This document shows positions 26,916 to 37,500 of a stretch of DNA of 64,000 nt, in pieces. Below the pieces are notes generated by a model that saw only the letters and a program-made list of their open reading frames with translations, was not told the DNA's origin and searched no databases. The DNA comes from Candidatus Omnitrophota bacterium (GTDB lineage: Bacteria; Omnitrophota; Gorgyraeia; Duberdicusellales; 4484-171), in assembly GCA_028713415.1 (NCBI GenBank), contig JAQTOI010000002.1:16689-80688 (forward strand), in the 5' to 3' direction. Position 1 is the first letter of the stretch; every line of letters starts with the position of its first letter. The position numbers and the translations under genes were made by a program.

Positions 26916-29174
26916 ATGAAAAAAACTCTTTTCTTTTCAGTAATCTGCGCCGGGCTTACCGCTATGGCAAGCCAGATTATCTTAGTGCGGGAATTTCTGG
27001 TGCTTTCGGGGGGAGATGAATTATCCATAGGAATAATCCTCGCTTGCTGGCTGATAAATACGGCCTTGGGAAGCATGGCGCTGGGTAATTTTATTCCTAA
27101 AATAAAATCTAAAATTTATTGGCTTTGGTTTTCTTTTCTCTTTCTGGCGGTATACCTGCCGCTGGCAATTTTCCTCTGCCGGGGAGTTAGAGTAGCCCTC
27201 CGGATAAACCCCGGAGAAATTTTGCAGTATCAGGTGCTTGGATTCTGCGCTTTTTTTATCCTGCTTCCTAGCTGTGCGCTTCTTGGCTTTATATTTTCTC
27301 TTGCCTGCAGATTATATGAAGATAATTCGCCTTTAGGCTCAGTAAACATAGCGAAGGTTTACGCTCTTGAGGCTATAGGCTCAATGCTGGGGGGATTATT
27401 GACAAGCTCGGTTTTAATAGGTATGTTCAACAGCTTCGAGGCAATTGCTTTATTGAGCTTGTTAAATATCCTGCTTGGTTTTTTTATCATTTTAGGCTTG
27501 CCTAAAAAAAGGCTGGTAGCTGTAGGCATAAATTCCATTTTTTTTATTATCTGTATATTTTTATTCCTGACAGGTGCCTGGAAGAATTTGGAGACTTATT
27601 CTCTGAAAAGGCAGTGGCCCGGATTTGAAGTCTTAGAAAGCAAGAATACAATTTACGCAAACCTCCTTAGCCTTAAAAGAGGAAATCAGGTCTCTTTTTT
27701 TGAAAACGGGACAAGGCTCTATACAGTTTTTGACAAACAGTTAAGCGAGGAGGCAGTGCACTTCTGCCTTCTGGAACACAAAAACCCCCGCAATATACTT
27801 CTTATCGGCGCAGGCTTTGCGGGTTTATTGGATGAAATATTAAAATATCCTGTAACCTGCGTTGATTACGTAGAGCTTGACCCAGCGCTCGTTACAATGG
27901 CAAAAAAACATCTTCCGCCTCTTTATACTTCCAGCCTCCAAAATACGCTGGTGCATGTGATAAATACTGATGCGCGATTTTTCCTAAAAACTACCCCAAA
28001 AAAATACGATTGCATAATTCTGCATCTGGGCGCGCCTTACAGCGCCCAGATAAACAGGTTCTATACTTATGATTTTTTCAGGCGCCTTAAGCTGAATTTA
28101 AAAAATGAAGGCATATTATCTTTTTACCTTAATGCTTCAGAAAACTATATCAACGCGGAAGGAGCGGATTTCCTGCGCTCTGTTTATAGCACCTTGAAAA
28201 CTGTGTTTAAAGAAGTTAAGGTTATTCCCGGAGAGACGGTATATTTCCTGGCTTCTGATACAAAGGGAGAATTAACTTTAGATTTTAATATACTCATGCA
28301 AAGGGCAAAGGATGCGGGTTTAAATTTGCAATATGTGCGGGAATATTACTTAATCAGCAGATTGAACCCTGACAAAATTAATTATTTAAATTCTATTCTG
28401 GAAAGAAATGTCCCGGTAAGAATTAACCGCGATTTTAAACCTCGCTTGTATTATTACGGAATTATCTCATGGGGCTCCCGTTTTAGAGAATCAATATTTA
28501 CTAAAGTTTTGAAACAGGTAAGTGAAAAAAAGATTTACCTAATTTTCGCTCTTTTTTTATTTGGCATAGCTTTTTTTGGAGCAAGGCAGCCAAGAAACTC
28601 AATTTCAGCCGCATTAATAACTGCCGGGTTTTGCCAGAGCGTATTGCAGATAATCCTGATTTATGCCTTTCAAGTTATTTACGGCTACCTCTTCTATAAA
28701 ATCGGAACTCTATTTGCCTCTTTTATGCTGGGCCTGGGCGTGAGCGCCTGGCGTTTTACTAAAGCAAAAGCGCCTGAACAAAAAACATATTCGCGCCTAT
28801 TAGGCATCCAGCTGGCAGCCGCCGCGCTTTTTTTGATTTTACCGCTGATTTTATCGCGACTGGCTAGTTTGAACCTTGCTTCCATATCCTGGCTTGGCGC
28901 AAACTTATTTTTCCCAGCACTTTCCTTGCTTTCCGGACTCCTGGGCGGCGCCATATTTGCTCAAGCCAACCACATATATCTTTTCCAAGCAGAAAGCGCC
29001 GGGATAGAAAAAACAGCCGCGTTTGCTTATGGCTTAGATTTATTGGGTGCGTGCTTCGGGGCCTTAAGCGTTGTTTTTTTAATCCCGATTATGGGCATTT
29101 TCTCGACTTGCTTTTTACTGGCTAGCCTGAATCTAGTTGTCTTTATTGTGCTGCGTTATGGCAGGAACCGCTAA
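26916..29174 (+). CDS. Polytopic membrane protein with embedded spermidine/spermine-synthase-like (aminopropyltransferase-fold) domain
   Basis: 752 aa with about 7 TM helices, then a soluble domain with RNILLIGAGFAGLLDEI...VELDPALV...DCIILHL (a Rossmann or SpdS-like GxGxG...D motif), then about 6 more TM helices. Confidence 0.65.
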   Translation: MKKTLFFSVICAGLTAMASQIILVREFLVLSGGDELSIGIILACWLINTALGSMALGNFIPKIKSKIYWLWFSFLFLAVYLPLAIFLCRGVRVALRINPGEILQYQVLGFCAFFILLPSCALLGFIFSLACRLYEDNSPLGSVNIAKVYALEAIGSMLGGLLTSSVLIGMFNSFEAIALLSLLNILLGFFIILGLPKKRLVAVGINSIFFIICIFLFLTGAWKNLETYSLKRQWPGFEVLESKNTIYANLLSLKRGNQVSFFENGTRLYTVFDKQLSEEAVHFCLLEHKNPRNILLIGAGFAGLLDEILKYPVTCVDYVELDPALVTMAKKHLPPLYTSSLQNTLVHVINTDARFFLKTTPKKYDCIILHLGAPYSAQINRFYTYDFFRRLKLNLKNEGILSFYLNASENYINAEGADFLRSVYSTLKTVFKEVKVIPGETVYFLASDTKGELTLDFNILMQRAKDAGLNLQYVREYYLISRLNPDKINYLNSILERNVPVRINRDFKPRLYYYGIISWGSRFRESIFTKVLKQVSEKKIYLIFALFLFGIAFFGARQPRNSISAALITAGFCQSVLQIILIYAFQVIYGYLFYKIGTLFASFMLGLGVSAWRFTKAKAPEQKTYSRLLGIQLAAAALFLILPLILSRLASLNLASISWLGANLFFPALSLLSGLLGGAIFAQANHIYLFQAESAGIEKTAAFAYGLDLLGACFGALSVVFLIPIMGIFSTCFLLASLNLVVFIVLRYGRNR

Positions 29175-29245
29175 ATTCGGTTTCAAATAGTTTTAAGCTT
29201 GACACTCACAGCTTGAAATAGTATGCTTAGCATTAAGAACAGTTT

Positions 29246-30052
29246 ATGGCTACGATAATTAAATTTCTAAAACGGCCCCACCTTTCAATTTTAATCCTGC
29301 TTACATTTCTGTCTCATTATCCTCAATGCCAGTCGGAAAATATATATTATAAAGACGGTAGAGCAATAAACGTTAGAATAATCTACCGCGATAAAGATAC
29401 TCTCTGGATAAAACAAAGCGTGGGCTCTACGGGAATAGACATCAATACCATCAGCAGAATTGAAAATAACGACGGTTCAATTTCAAAATATGACGTCGCT
29501 TTTCTCACCAAGCAAATACAGGAATTTATAAAACAAAAAAAATATGCCGAGGCGGAAAAACTTTGCGGCACATTATTGGAAACTTCTCCTAATAATGTCG
29601 AAATCCGTTATCTGCGTGGCATGCTAAGCCAGAAGGCGGGCGACACAGAGATGGCAATTGAAGACTATGAATATCTTATAAACCACGATGACGCTGATGA
29701 GAGAATTTTTAATAATCTGGGCGCTATTTATGCCGGGCAAAAACGTTACAAAACGGCTGAAGAATTATTTTATAAGGCCCTGGGCTATAACCAGAATAGA
29801 GCGGAAATAAGGAATAATTTATCTGAACTATTCATGGAGGCGAAAGAATACGCTAAGGCCATAGAAGAATACAACAAGCTGATTACATTGGAACCGGATA
29901 ACGAATCAGCTTTATATAACCTGGGCATTGCATACAAAAATACAGGAGATTTTACTAAAGCAAAAGAGCTCTGGGAAAGAGTTTTAGCCCTGAAGCCCGA
30001 AGACGCAGACGCAAAAAATGCCCTGGAATACCTCTCAAAGCAAACGCAATAA
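29246..30052 (+). CDS. Secreted TPR-repeat protein
   Basis: 268 aa with a signal peptide and several TPR-like repeats (AEAEKLCGTLLETSPNN..., AIEEYNKLITLEPDNESALYNLGIAYKNTGDFTKAKELWERVLALKPED). Confidence 0.65.
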   Translation: MATIIKFLKRPHLSILILLTFLSHYPQCQSENIYYKDGRAINVRIIYRDKDTLWIKQSVGSTGIDINTISRIENNDGSISKYDVAFLTKQIQEFIKQKKYAEAEKLCGTLLETSPNNVEIRYLRGMLSQKAGDTEMAIEDYEYLINHDDADERIFNNLGAIYAGQKRYKTAEELFYKALGYNQNRAEIRNNLSELFMEAKEYAKAIEEYNKLITLEPDNESALYNLGIAYKNTGDFTKAKELWERVLALKPEDADAKNALEYLSKQTQ

Positions 30053-30136
30053 AATCCCGGGGGCTCGAAAAAGTTTGAAGCTTGTTATTTAGGATTTTTT
30101 GTGGTATCTTCGAACTAAGGGAAAAACCCTTAAATT

Positions 30137-31345
30137 ATGCATAAAATTAAAAGGAAAAGCTTCAGTTTACTTGAATTAATCATTGTTTTAGTGGTGGTAG
30201 GGATCTTGGCTGCAACGGCACTTCTTATATATAACGGCACCATAGAATATGCTAAAAGAAATGAAGCAATTCATAATGCGGCTCTTATCAGAGAAGCGGA
30301 ATTTGCTCAAAAAACCCAAAACGGAACCTTCATAGCAGCTGGTAATGCCGAAGAAGTTAACAATCTTTTATCCCTCACTATTGTTCCCAAAGATTATGAA
30401 TATAAAGTGGTTGGAGTAAGCGATGACGATTTTACTATTTTAGCCACAAAAATTGATACTGATGAAATAGTCCTGGCTTTAAATAAAGATGGGGTGCTTC
30501 AGGTAACAGACTCTGGCCAGGGCGGCGACACAGGCGGCGGCACTGGCGGTTCAGGCTCCGATAGTGGTGAGGAGGGCGGTGGTGGTGGCTCTGGCGGAGG
30601 GGGCGGCGGAGGCTCTGGCGGAGGCTCTGGCGGTGGTGACAGCGGTGGCGGCACTGGCGGTGGCGGTGGCGACACTGGCGGTGGGGGCGGCGGCTCTGGT
30701 GGCGGCGGAGGCTCTGGCGGCGGCGATGACGGAGGCGGAGATGACGGAGGCTCTGGCGGTGGGGGCGGCGGTTTTGGTTCTGTTTCTCACTCTGGAGGCG
30801 GTTGGTCCAATATCCTCGCTAGAGGCGGAGAGGCTGGGACAATAGATGATGGCTTACAAAGCGCTTTAAGCCTTCTTGAAAGTTCTACTTCTGCACTATA
30901 TGTTCCAGAATTAATAGAAGATAACCACATTAGCGTGCTGTATCAAACTGCTCCGTCTTATATCGGGGCGTGGTGGATGAGCAGTACAAATACAATATAC
31001 GTTAATACAGACCAGCAGGGCAACCCTACTGCGGCAATCGCAGCCTTAATCGCTCACGAGGCAACGCATGCTGATTATGATTATCACCAGGAATATTGGA
31101 TTAATACCACCATAGAGAGGCATCCGGAGCTAACAAGAGAGCAGCTTAGCGTACCTGATAATTCCGTTAACCAGGAATATGATTGTTTTTGTAATCAGAT
31201 GGCAGCGTGGCAAGAATTGAAACAAACCGCAACAGATGTCAATAATGATGCTTGGTTAGGCATATATAATCAAGGTGAAGATTATATGAAGTCGACCATA
31301 AAAACCCAGTATGCTTCTATCGGAATAATATTACCCAATTATTAG
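30137..31345 (+). CDS. Type IV pilin or pseudopilin-like protein fused to a C-terminal HExxH (DUF4157-like) putative metallopeptidase domain through a Gly/Ser/Asp-rich linker
   Basis: 402 aa. The N-terminus KRKS/FSLLELIIVLVVVGILAA is a prepilin cleavage/methylation motif with E at +5 and Ser instead of Gly at -1. Residues about 125-225 are more than 70% Gly/Ser/Asp. The C-terminal domain is ...NTIYVNTDQQGNPTAAIAALIAHEATHADYDYHQEYW...EYDCFCNQMAAWQEL. Confidence 0.6.
   Translation: MHKIKRKSFSLLELIIVLVVVGILAATALLIYNGTIEYAKRNEAIHNAALIREAEFAQKTQNGTFIAAGNAEEVNNLLSLTIVPKDYEYKVVGVSDDDFTILATKIDTDEIVLALNKDGVLQVTDSGQGGDTGGGTGGSGSDSGEEGGGGGSGGGGGGGSGGGSGGGDSGGGTGGGGGDTGGGGGGSGGGGGSGGGDDGGGDDGGSGGGGGGFGSVSHSGGGWSNILARGGEAGTIDDGLQSALSLLESSTSALYVPELIEDNHISVLYQTAPSYIGAWWMSSTNTIYVNTDQQGNPTAAIAALIAHEATHADYDYHQEYWINTTIERHPELTREQLSVPDNSVNQEYDCFCNQMAAWQELKQTATDVNNDAWLGIYNQGEDYMKSTIKTQYASIGIILPNY
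30525..30790 (+). repeat. Low-complexity coding repeat (GGC/GGT/TCT units encoding a poly-Gly/Ser linker)
   Basis: Reiterated ggcggtggc, tctggcggaggc and gatgacggaggc units. The antisense alanine-rich track ORFs here are artefacts of this repeat. Confidence 0.7.
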
Positions 31346-31358
31346 TCAGGGAGATGGT

Positions 31359-31943
31359 ATGAAATTAAGTTTAAAAAAATATTATTTTTTAATATTAGGA
31401 GCGGTTCTTATGATGAATACTTTTGGCTGTTCCGCTATAAAATTCGAGAAATATTCCAGTAAAGACCCTTTAATAAATATTTCCATGGATTATATCGCAG
31501 GTTGGCGATATAGCGAAACCAGGGGTGCTGATACCAGTTATGCCCAGGTACTTTTCTTTCCCTTTGAAGAAGGCAAAAAAAGTCCAAGAGTGCTTATTGA
31601 CTTAACCGTGAAAGATATTTCAAAAATTAAACTCGAGGCCCCTACTTTAAAGGCGGCGGAAGATGGCTTATTGGCAAAAAGAATGAAATTGAAAGATGCT
31701 AAGATATTGTCTATATCAAAAAATAAAGTTCTCGATGCAGAGGCTACTGTTATAGAGTTATCTTATCTGATGTTGGAAAATACTCTTGATGTTAAATCGA
31801 AATTAATTCCTGTGAAAGAAAAAATTATTATTTCAAAGAAAAATAATAATTTTTATTTTTTAAGATACGAGAGCCCGGCGCAAGAATTCAGCAAATACGA
31901 TTCGGCCTTTATGCGCATCGCGCGGTCAATGAAAATAAAGTAA
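31359..31943 (+). CDS. Hypothetical lipoprotein
   Basis: 194 aa. MKLSLKKYYFLILGAVLMMNTFGCS has a lipobox. No known domain was recognised. Confidence 0.45.
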   Translation: MKLSLKKYYFLILGAVLMMNTFGCSAIKFEKYSSKDPLINISMDYIAGWRYSETRGADTSYAQVLFFPFEEGKKSPRVLIDLTVKDISKIKLEAPTLKAAEDGLLAKRMKLKDAKILSISKNKVLDAEATVIELSYLMLENTLDVKSKLIPVKEKIIISKKNNNFYFLRYESPAQEFSKYDSAFMRIARSMKIK

Positions 31944-32153
31944 GTCGCATATTTAAGCTAAGTCTGCACCAAAACCTCACTCCTTCAGGGGTGGGGTTTT
32001 AAAGTTTCTGGATCAAAGCAATAAAAAATCGAAGTTTTGCAGGTAATTTATACGTGGTAATTTTCTTAAGCCGCCTTGAAGGTGAGAAATAAAGGAGGTT
32101 AAATAAACACCAAAATAAAAGTTTTAATTAGCCTTTTTTTCCTTCTCGTTTCA

Positions 32154-32663
32154 TTGAATACTATTGCTCAAGCAGAAATAGGCAATTTTCAAGGCATAGA
32201 GATAGTCGGCAGCCACGAATTCGTATTGCATGTAGGAAAAGCATTGGGGCTTCTTAACAAAAATGCCTTTTTTGCTTTTAATACCGTTAAAGAGTACGTG
32301 GGCAGGATACAGGAGTCGCCTCGTAGCGGAATGAACGTATACATTAATCCGCCGACATTCGAATTAAGCGCCAAAAGCGCATTTTACTCTCTTACCTGGT
32401 GCGCGGGGATCATTGCTCATGACGCCTACCATTCACAGCAATATTTTTCTTATCAGAAAATTCATGGAGATCCGGTACCTGCTGGTGTCTGGACAGGAAA
32501 AGATGCTGAGATAGAATGCCTCAATTTCCAAAAAGAAGCGATGCGCGCTATAGGCGCTCCGGATAAAGAGATAGACTATGTGGCTTCCGTAGAGCCAACA
32601 TATTATGATGTCAATAAAGATGGCCGATACGATCAAGAAGATTACCTCTTGCGGGACTGGTAA
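32154..32663 (+). CDS. Secreted protein with an HxxxH (HExxH-like, DUF4157-like) domain, paralog of the pilin-fused C-terminal domain
   Basis: ...NVYINPPTFELSAKSAFYSLTWCAGIIAHDAYHSQQYF...EIECLNFQKEAMRAIG aligns by eye with the pilin-fusion region TIYVNTD...ALIAHEATHADYDYHQEYW...EYDCFCNQMAAWQEL. The true start is probably upstream (the in-frame KIKVLISLFFLLVSLNTIAQA signal peptide has no ATG), so the 5' end is uncertain. Confidence 0.5.
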   Translation: MNTIAQAEIGNFQGIEIVGSHEFVLHVGKALGLLNKNAFFAFNTVKEYVGRIQESPRSGMNVYINPPTFELSAKSAFYSLTWCAGIIAHDAYHSQQYFSYQKIHGDPVPAGVWTGKDAEIECLNFQKEAMRAIGAPDKEIDYVASVEPTYYDVNKDGRYDQEDYLLRDW

Positions 32664-32739
32664 AACTTTTTAATATAACCCGCCCTTTGCGATTTACAAT
32701 GATTTTTTTAATAGATATGTTACAATAATCCCTCCTATT

Positions 32740-34413
32740 ATGAAGCCGAATTTCATTACCGAAATTATTGACGAGCACAATAAAATAGGGAAGTTTTCCG
32801 GTAAAGTCCACACCCGATTCCCTCCTGAACCCAACGGATATCTGCATATAGGCCATGCCAAATCAATTTGCTTAAATTACGGCCTTGCCTGCCAGTATAA
32901 CGGCAAGTTCAACCTGCGTTTTGATGATACCAATCCCTGCAAAGAAGAACAGGAATACGTAGATTCTATTATCGAAGATGTCAGCTGGCTGGAAGCAAAG
33001 TGGCAGGAGCCTACTCTTTATGCTTCTGATTATTTTGAGCAGATGCACGAGTATGCTGTCGCGTTGATTAAAAAAGGGAAAGCCTACGTTTGCGATTTAA
33101 ACGCAGAGCAAATGCGCGTATATCGCGGTACTTTAACCACCCCAGGCAAAGAAAGCCCCTATAGAAACCGCTCCATAGAGGAAAACTTGGATTTATTTGA
33201 ACGCATGCGCAAGGGAGAATTCCCTGACGGCGCAAAGACTTTGCGGGCAAAAATAGACATGAGCCATCCTAATCTTAACATGCGCGATCCGGTTATGTAC
33301 CGTATTTTACATGCGGCTCATCACCGCACGAAAGATGCCTGGTGCATATACCCGACCTATGATTGGGCGCACGGCCTGGAAGATTCCGTAGAAGGAATTA
33401 CCCACTCCATATGCACCCTGGAGTTTGAAAACCACAGGCCTTTATATGATTGGTTCTTGGCACAGCTTCAAATATTTCATCCGCAGCAAATAGAATTCGC
33501 CCGTCTTAATATGACCTATACTATACTTAGCAAGAGAAAACTGCTCGAACTTGTCCAGTCAAAACTTGTAAGCGGCTGGGATGACCCGCGTATGCCCACT
33601 ATTGCGGGCCTGCGCCGCAGAGGTTTTCCCGCGCAGGCGATACGCAATTTCTGCGATGAGATAGGCGTTGCTAAATTTAACAGCACCATCGATATAGCCA
33701 TACTTGAAGAAGCAGTGCGCGGCCTCTTAAATAAAACGGCGCAGCGCCTTATGGCGGTATTGCACCCGCTTAAAGTTGTTATTATAAATTATCCGGAAAA
33801 TCAGACAGAAGAACTGGAGGCTATAAATAACCCCGAGGATGCAAACATGGGCAGCCGCAAGGTGCCTTTTTCGCGGGAACTTTTCATAGAAAGAGACGAT
33901 TTTCGCGAAAACCCTCCAAAGGAATTTTTCAGGCTTGGCCCGGGGCGTGAAATACGCCTGCGTTACGCCTATTTTATCAAATGCGTGGATGTGGTTAAAG
34001 ACTCAAGCGGCGAAATCAAAGAACTGCATTGTACCTACGACCCACAAACGCGCGGGGGCAATGCTCCTGACGGAAGAAAAGTAAAATCAACCATACACTG
34101 GGTTTCCGCGAAACAGGCTCAAAGCGCTGAAATCAGGTTATACGACAGGCTATTTATGAAAGCGAACCCGGATGATGCGCCGGAAGGCTTCAAGGCTAAC
34201 ATCAACCCGCGCTCACTGGAAATTATAACGGACTGCAAACTTGAGCCGGCTATCATGGAAGCTAAACCAAGAACGCATTATCAGTTTGAACGCCTGGGCT
34301 ATTTTTATATTGACGAGAAGGATTCGATTGGCGAAAGATTAGTCTTCAACCGCACTATAAGCTTGCGGGATACCTGGGCAAAAATAGAAAAAGTCTTAAA
34401 GGGGCGTTCCTGA
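32740..34413 (+). CDS. glnS: Glutamine--tRNA ligase
   Basis: 557 aa with [26 protein letters not shown] (HIGH) and ...LSKRK.. (a KMSKS-like motif), and about the length of a GlnRS. Confidence 0.9.
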   Translation: MKPNFITEIIDEHNKIGKFSGKVHTRFPPEPNGYLHIGHAKSICLNYGLACQYNGKFNLRFDDTNPCKEEQEYVDSIIEDVSWLEAKWQEPTLYASDYFEQMHEYAVALIKKGKAYVCDLNAEQMRVYRGTLTTPGKESPYRNRSIEENLDLFERMRKGEFPDGAKTLRAKIDMSHPNLNMRDPVMYRILHAAHHRTKDAWCIYPTYDWAHGLEDSVEGITHSICTLEFENHRPLYDWFLAQLQIFHPQQIEFARLNMTYTILSKRKLLELVQSKLVSGWDDPRMPTIAGLRRRGFPAQAIRNFCDEIGVAKFNSTIDIAILEEAVRGLLNKTAQRLMAVLHPLKVVIINYPENQTEELEAINNPEDANMGSRKVPFSRELFIERDDFRENPPKEFFRLGPGREIRLRYAYFIKCVDVVKDSSGEIKELHCTYDPQTRGGNAPDGRKVKSTIHWVSAKQAQSAEIRLYDRLFMKANPDDAPEGFKANINPRSLEIITDCKLEPAIMEAKPRTHYQFERLGYFYIDEKDSIGERLVFNRTISLRDTWAKIEKVLKGRS

Positions 34414-34595
34414 AACATTGGCAGACGATTTTAATAATCGTGGCAGAAAAAAATATTTTGAAAGAGGCTATCTGAAGTAACTCCTGCGTAAATTTCCAGC
34501 CCTAAATACATGCGATTCAGCATCCAGAAAACACTTTAAAGTTGCGCCAATACGCACTATAATCAGAAGTGGACTTACCTTAATAATATAATAAT

Positions 34596-37500
34596 ATGCG
34601 CAGCAAAAAAACTTCCCCTAAAAACAAAAATGCAAAAACCCTAATAAGCGCAGAGGGTTCTTATTTCTTCAAGAAGCTGGCCGAATTGGCGGGTTTTGGC
34701 ATATGTTGCTATAGCCTTGACGATGAAAAGATACTCTTCGCTAATCAGGGGCTGGTCAATATACTGGGCCTGCATTATAAGCCAAAGGATTTAATAGGAA
34801 AATATCTGGAAGATATATTTGTATATGGCCAGAAGCCGGAAAATATCAGGAAAACGGACTTGGCGGGAGGCCAGCTTCGCCAATGCGAATACTATTTTAA
34901 AACCTTAAAAGGCGAAGACAAATGGGTGCTTTATGACGCTTTCGTCCGGGCTCCGGGCGCAAAAGGGAAACGCATCGTCGAAGCGCTCGTCAAAGATATC
35001 ACTTATCTAAAAATTTCTCAAAAAAATTTAGAAACTCTTAATAGAAAATTGCAGATGCTTACCGAATGCTCGCATGCGCTGGTGCACGCTTACGATGAGG
35101 TTGAGCTTTTGCAAAATATATGCAAGATAGCGATTGACGTCGGGCAGTACCGTTTTGCCTGGGCCGGATTTGCGCAAAGCGATGAAAAGAAAAGCGTGCG
35201 TCCTGTTGCATGGGCTGGCTATGAAGATGGTTATCTGGCGGGTTTAGAGCTAAGCTGGGGAGATAATGAGCTTGGCCAGGGCCCGACCGGGATAGCTATC
35301 CGTACCGGCAAGCCGAGCATAAACAGAAATATCCTTATTGACCCGCAATATGGCATATGGCGCTCCAGGGCACTCGAGAGAGGCTATGCCTCTTCCATCG
35401 CCCTGCCTCTGGTCATCGGGGATAAAACAATAGGAACGCTTAATATTTATTCAAGCATACCAGACGCTTTCAATGCAGACGAGGTCAGTTTGCTTGTGGA
35501 AATGACAAACGATATATCTTACGGCACAACAGTGCTGCGTTCCCGTATAGAACAAAGCAAAACAGAAGCGGCGTTGAGCGAGAGCGAAGAACGGTTTAGG
35601 CGCGCATTTGAAAATGCGGGGATAGGCATGGCGCTGGTTGACCTTGACGGAAGATGGCTAAAAGTTAACCGCGTGCTTTGTGAAATCGTAGGGTATTCAG
35701 AAGAGGAACTTCTCACCATGAGTTTCCAGGAAATTACTCATCCTGATGATTTGGGCGCCGACGTTAGTTACGTGCAAAAAATGTTAAGCCGCGAAATTCT
35801 TTATTACCATAAAGAAAAACGCTATATACATAAATCAGGCCATATCTTATGGGTCCTATTAAGCGCGGCACTGGTCAGTGCCAAGAGCGGTGAGCCGCTC
35901 TATTTTGTTTTTCAAATCCAGAATATTACCGACCGCAAAGAAACAGAGGAGGCATTACGGGAAGGAGAGAGGTTCTTGTCGAGCTTTTTCGCGAGTATCC
36001 AAGACGGCATCAGTATTCTCGATAAAGAAATGAATATTGTGCGGGTAAACCCGGTAATGGAGCAATGGTATGCTCACGCCATGCCTCTGGTAGGAAAAAA
36101 ATGTTTTCAGGCTTACCACGGGCGCAAAGATTATTGCGAAGTATGCCCGACAAAACACACTCTCGAAAAAGGCATCGCGGCGCATGAAGAAGTGCCTAAG
36201 CGAAACGCCCAGGGAGAAATTGTCGGTTGGCTTGACCTCTATAGTTTTCCGCTCATCGATAAACAAACCGGCTCAATGAAAGGAGTTATTGAATACGTAC
36301 GCGATATATCCAGCCGCAAAGAGGCAGAAGAAGCTTTGCGTTTAAGCGATAAGCGCTTTACGCAAATAGCGGATAACGCATGCGAGTGGATCTGGGAAGT
36401 GGATAAAGACGGATTATATGTCTATTCTAACCGCGCTGTAGAGAAAATATTAGGATATACGAGGGAAGAGGTCGTGGGCAAAAAATATTTCTATGATTTT
36501 TTTGCCTGCGAACTACAGGGCACATTAAAAGATGAGGTATTCGGGATTTTCAGCAAAAAGGAACCGTTAACAAACTTTATTGCCCCTTACTTAAGTAAAA
36601 CCGGAACTCCCTGTATGCTTGAGGCAAGCGGCACTCCAATAGTAGATGCTCGAGGTAACTTTTTTGGATATAGGGGAATAGCCACGGATATAACCAAACG
36701 CCAGGCGCTTGAAGATTTAAAAGATGATTTCATCAATACCATCTCCCACGAGCTAAAAACCCCTCTTGCCATCACCAAGGAAGCGATAAACCTTGTTTTA
36801 GGTAAAGTTATCGGGGAAATTAATGAACAGCAGGAAAAAACATTAAACATAGCCAAAAACAACACTGACCGCTTAGCGCATATTATTAATAAACTTCTTA
36901 ATATTTCAAAAATAGAATCCGGGGCAAAAGAGTTTAAAAGGGACTTTGTTGATATCGTTTTCCTGATACGGCAAGTGGCGGATTTATTACGCCAGAGAAT
37001 AACCGAAAAAGGCCTGGGATTAAAGCTTCTGTTTGCTAAAGAAAAAATTGAAGTTTATATCAACGAAGAGGGGATAAAAGAAGTTTTTATTAACCTTATA
37101 GAAAATGCTTCAAAATTTACGCAAACAGGGTTTATAGAAATTTCCGTAAAAGAAACAGAAAGTATGATCACCTGCAGCGTAACTGATACCGGCTGCGGCA
37201 TAACCGGCGAAAATGCGAAGAAAATTTTCAGCAAATTCCAGCAATTTACGCGCTCTGGCCAAGAAGGCGAAAAAGGGCTGGGTATCGGCCTGTCTTTAGT
37301 AAAAAGCATAGTAAACATGCACGATGGGCAAGTTTGGGTTGAAAGTAAACCAGAGCGCGGCAGTAGCTTTATTTTTACCTTACCAAGGTATAGCGCGAAA
37401 ACCCTCTTAAAGAAGTGCCTTGCCTGCGACATAGAAAAATCGATTAAAAATAACGCTAAAGTTTCGCTGGTTATAGTATCGATACTTTCTTTCGAAAGCC

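Noticed and set aside
30551-30845. Ala-rich ORFs on both strands (79 aa minus, 93 aa plus)
   Set aside because: They are alternative-frame readings of the GGC/GGT repeat that encodes the poly-Gly/Ser linker of the pilin-fusion protein.
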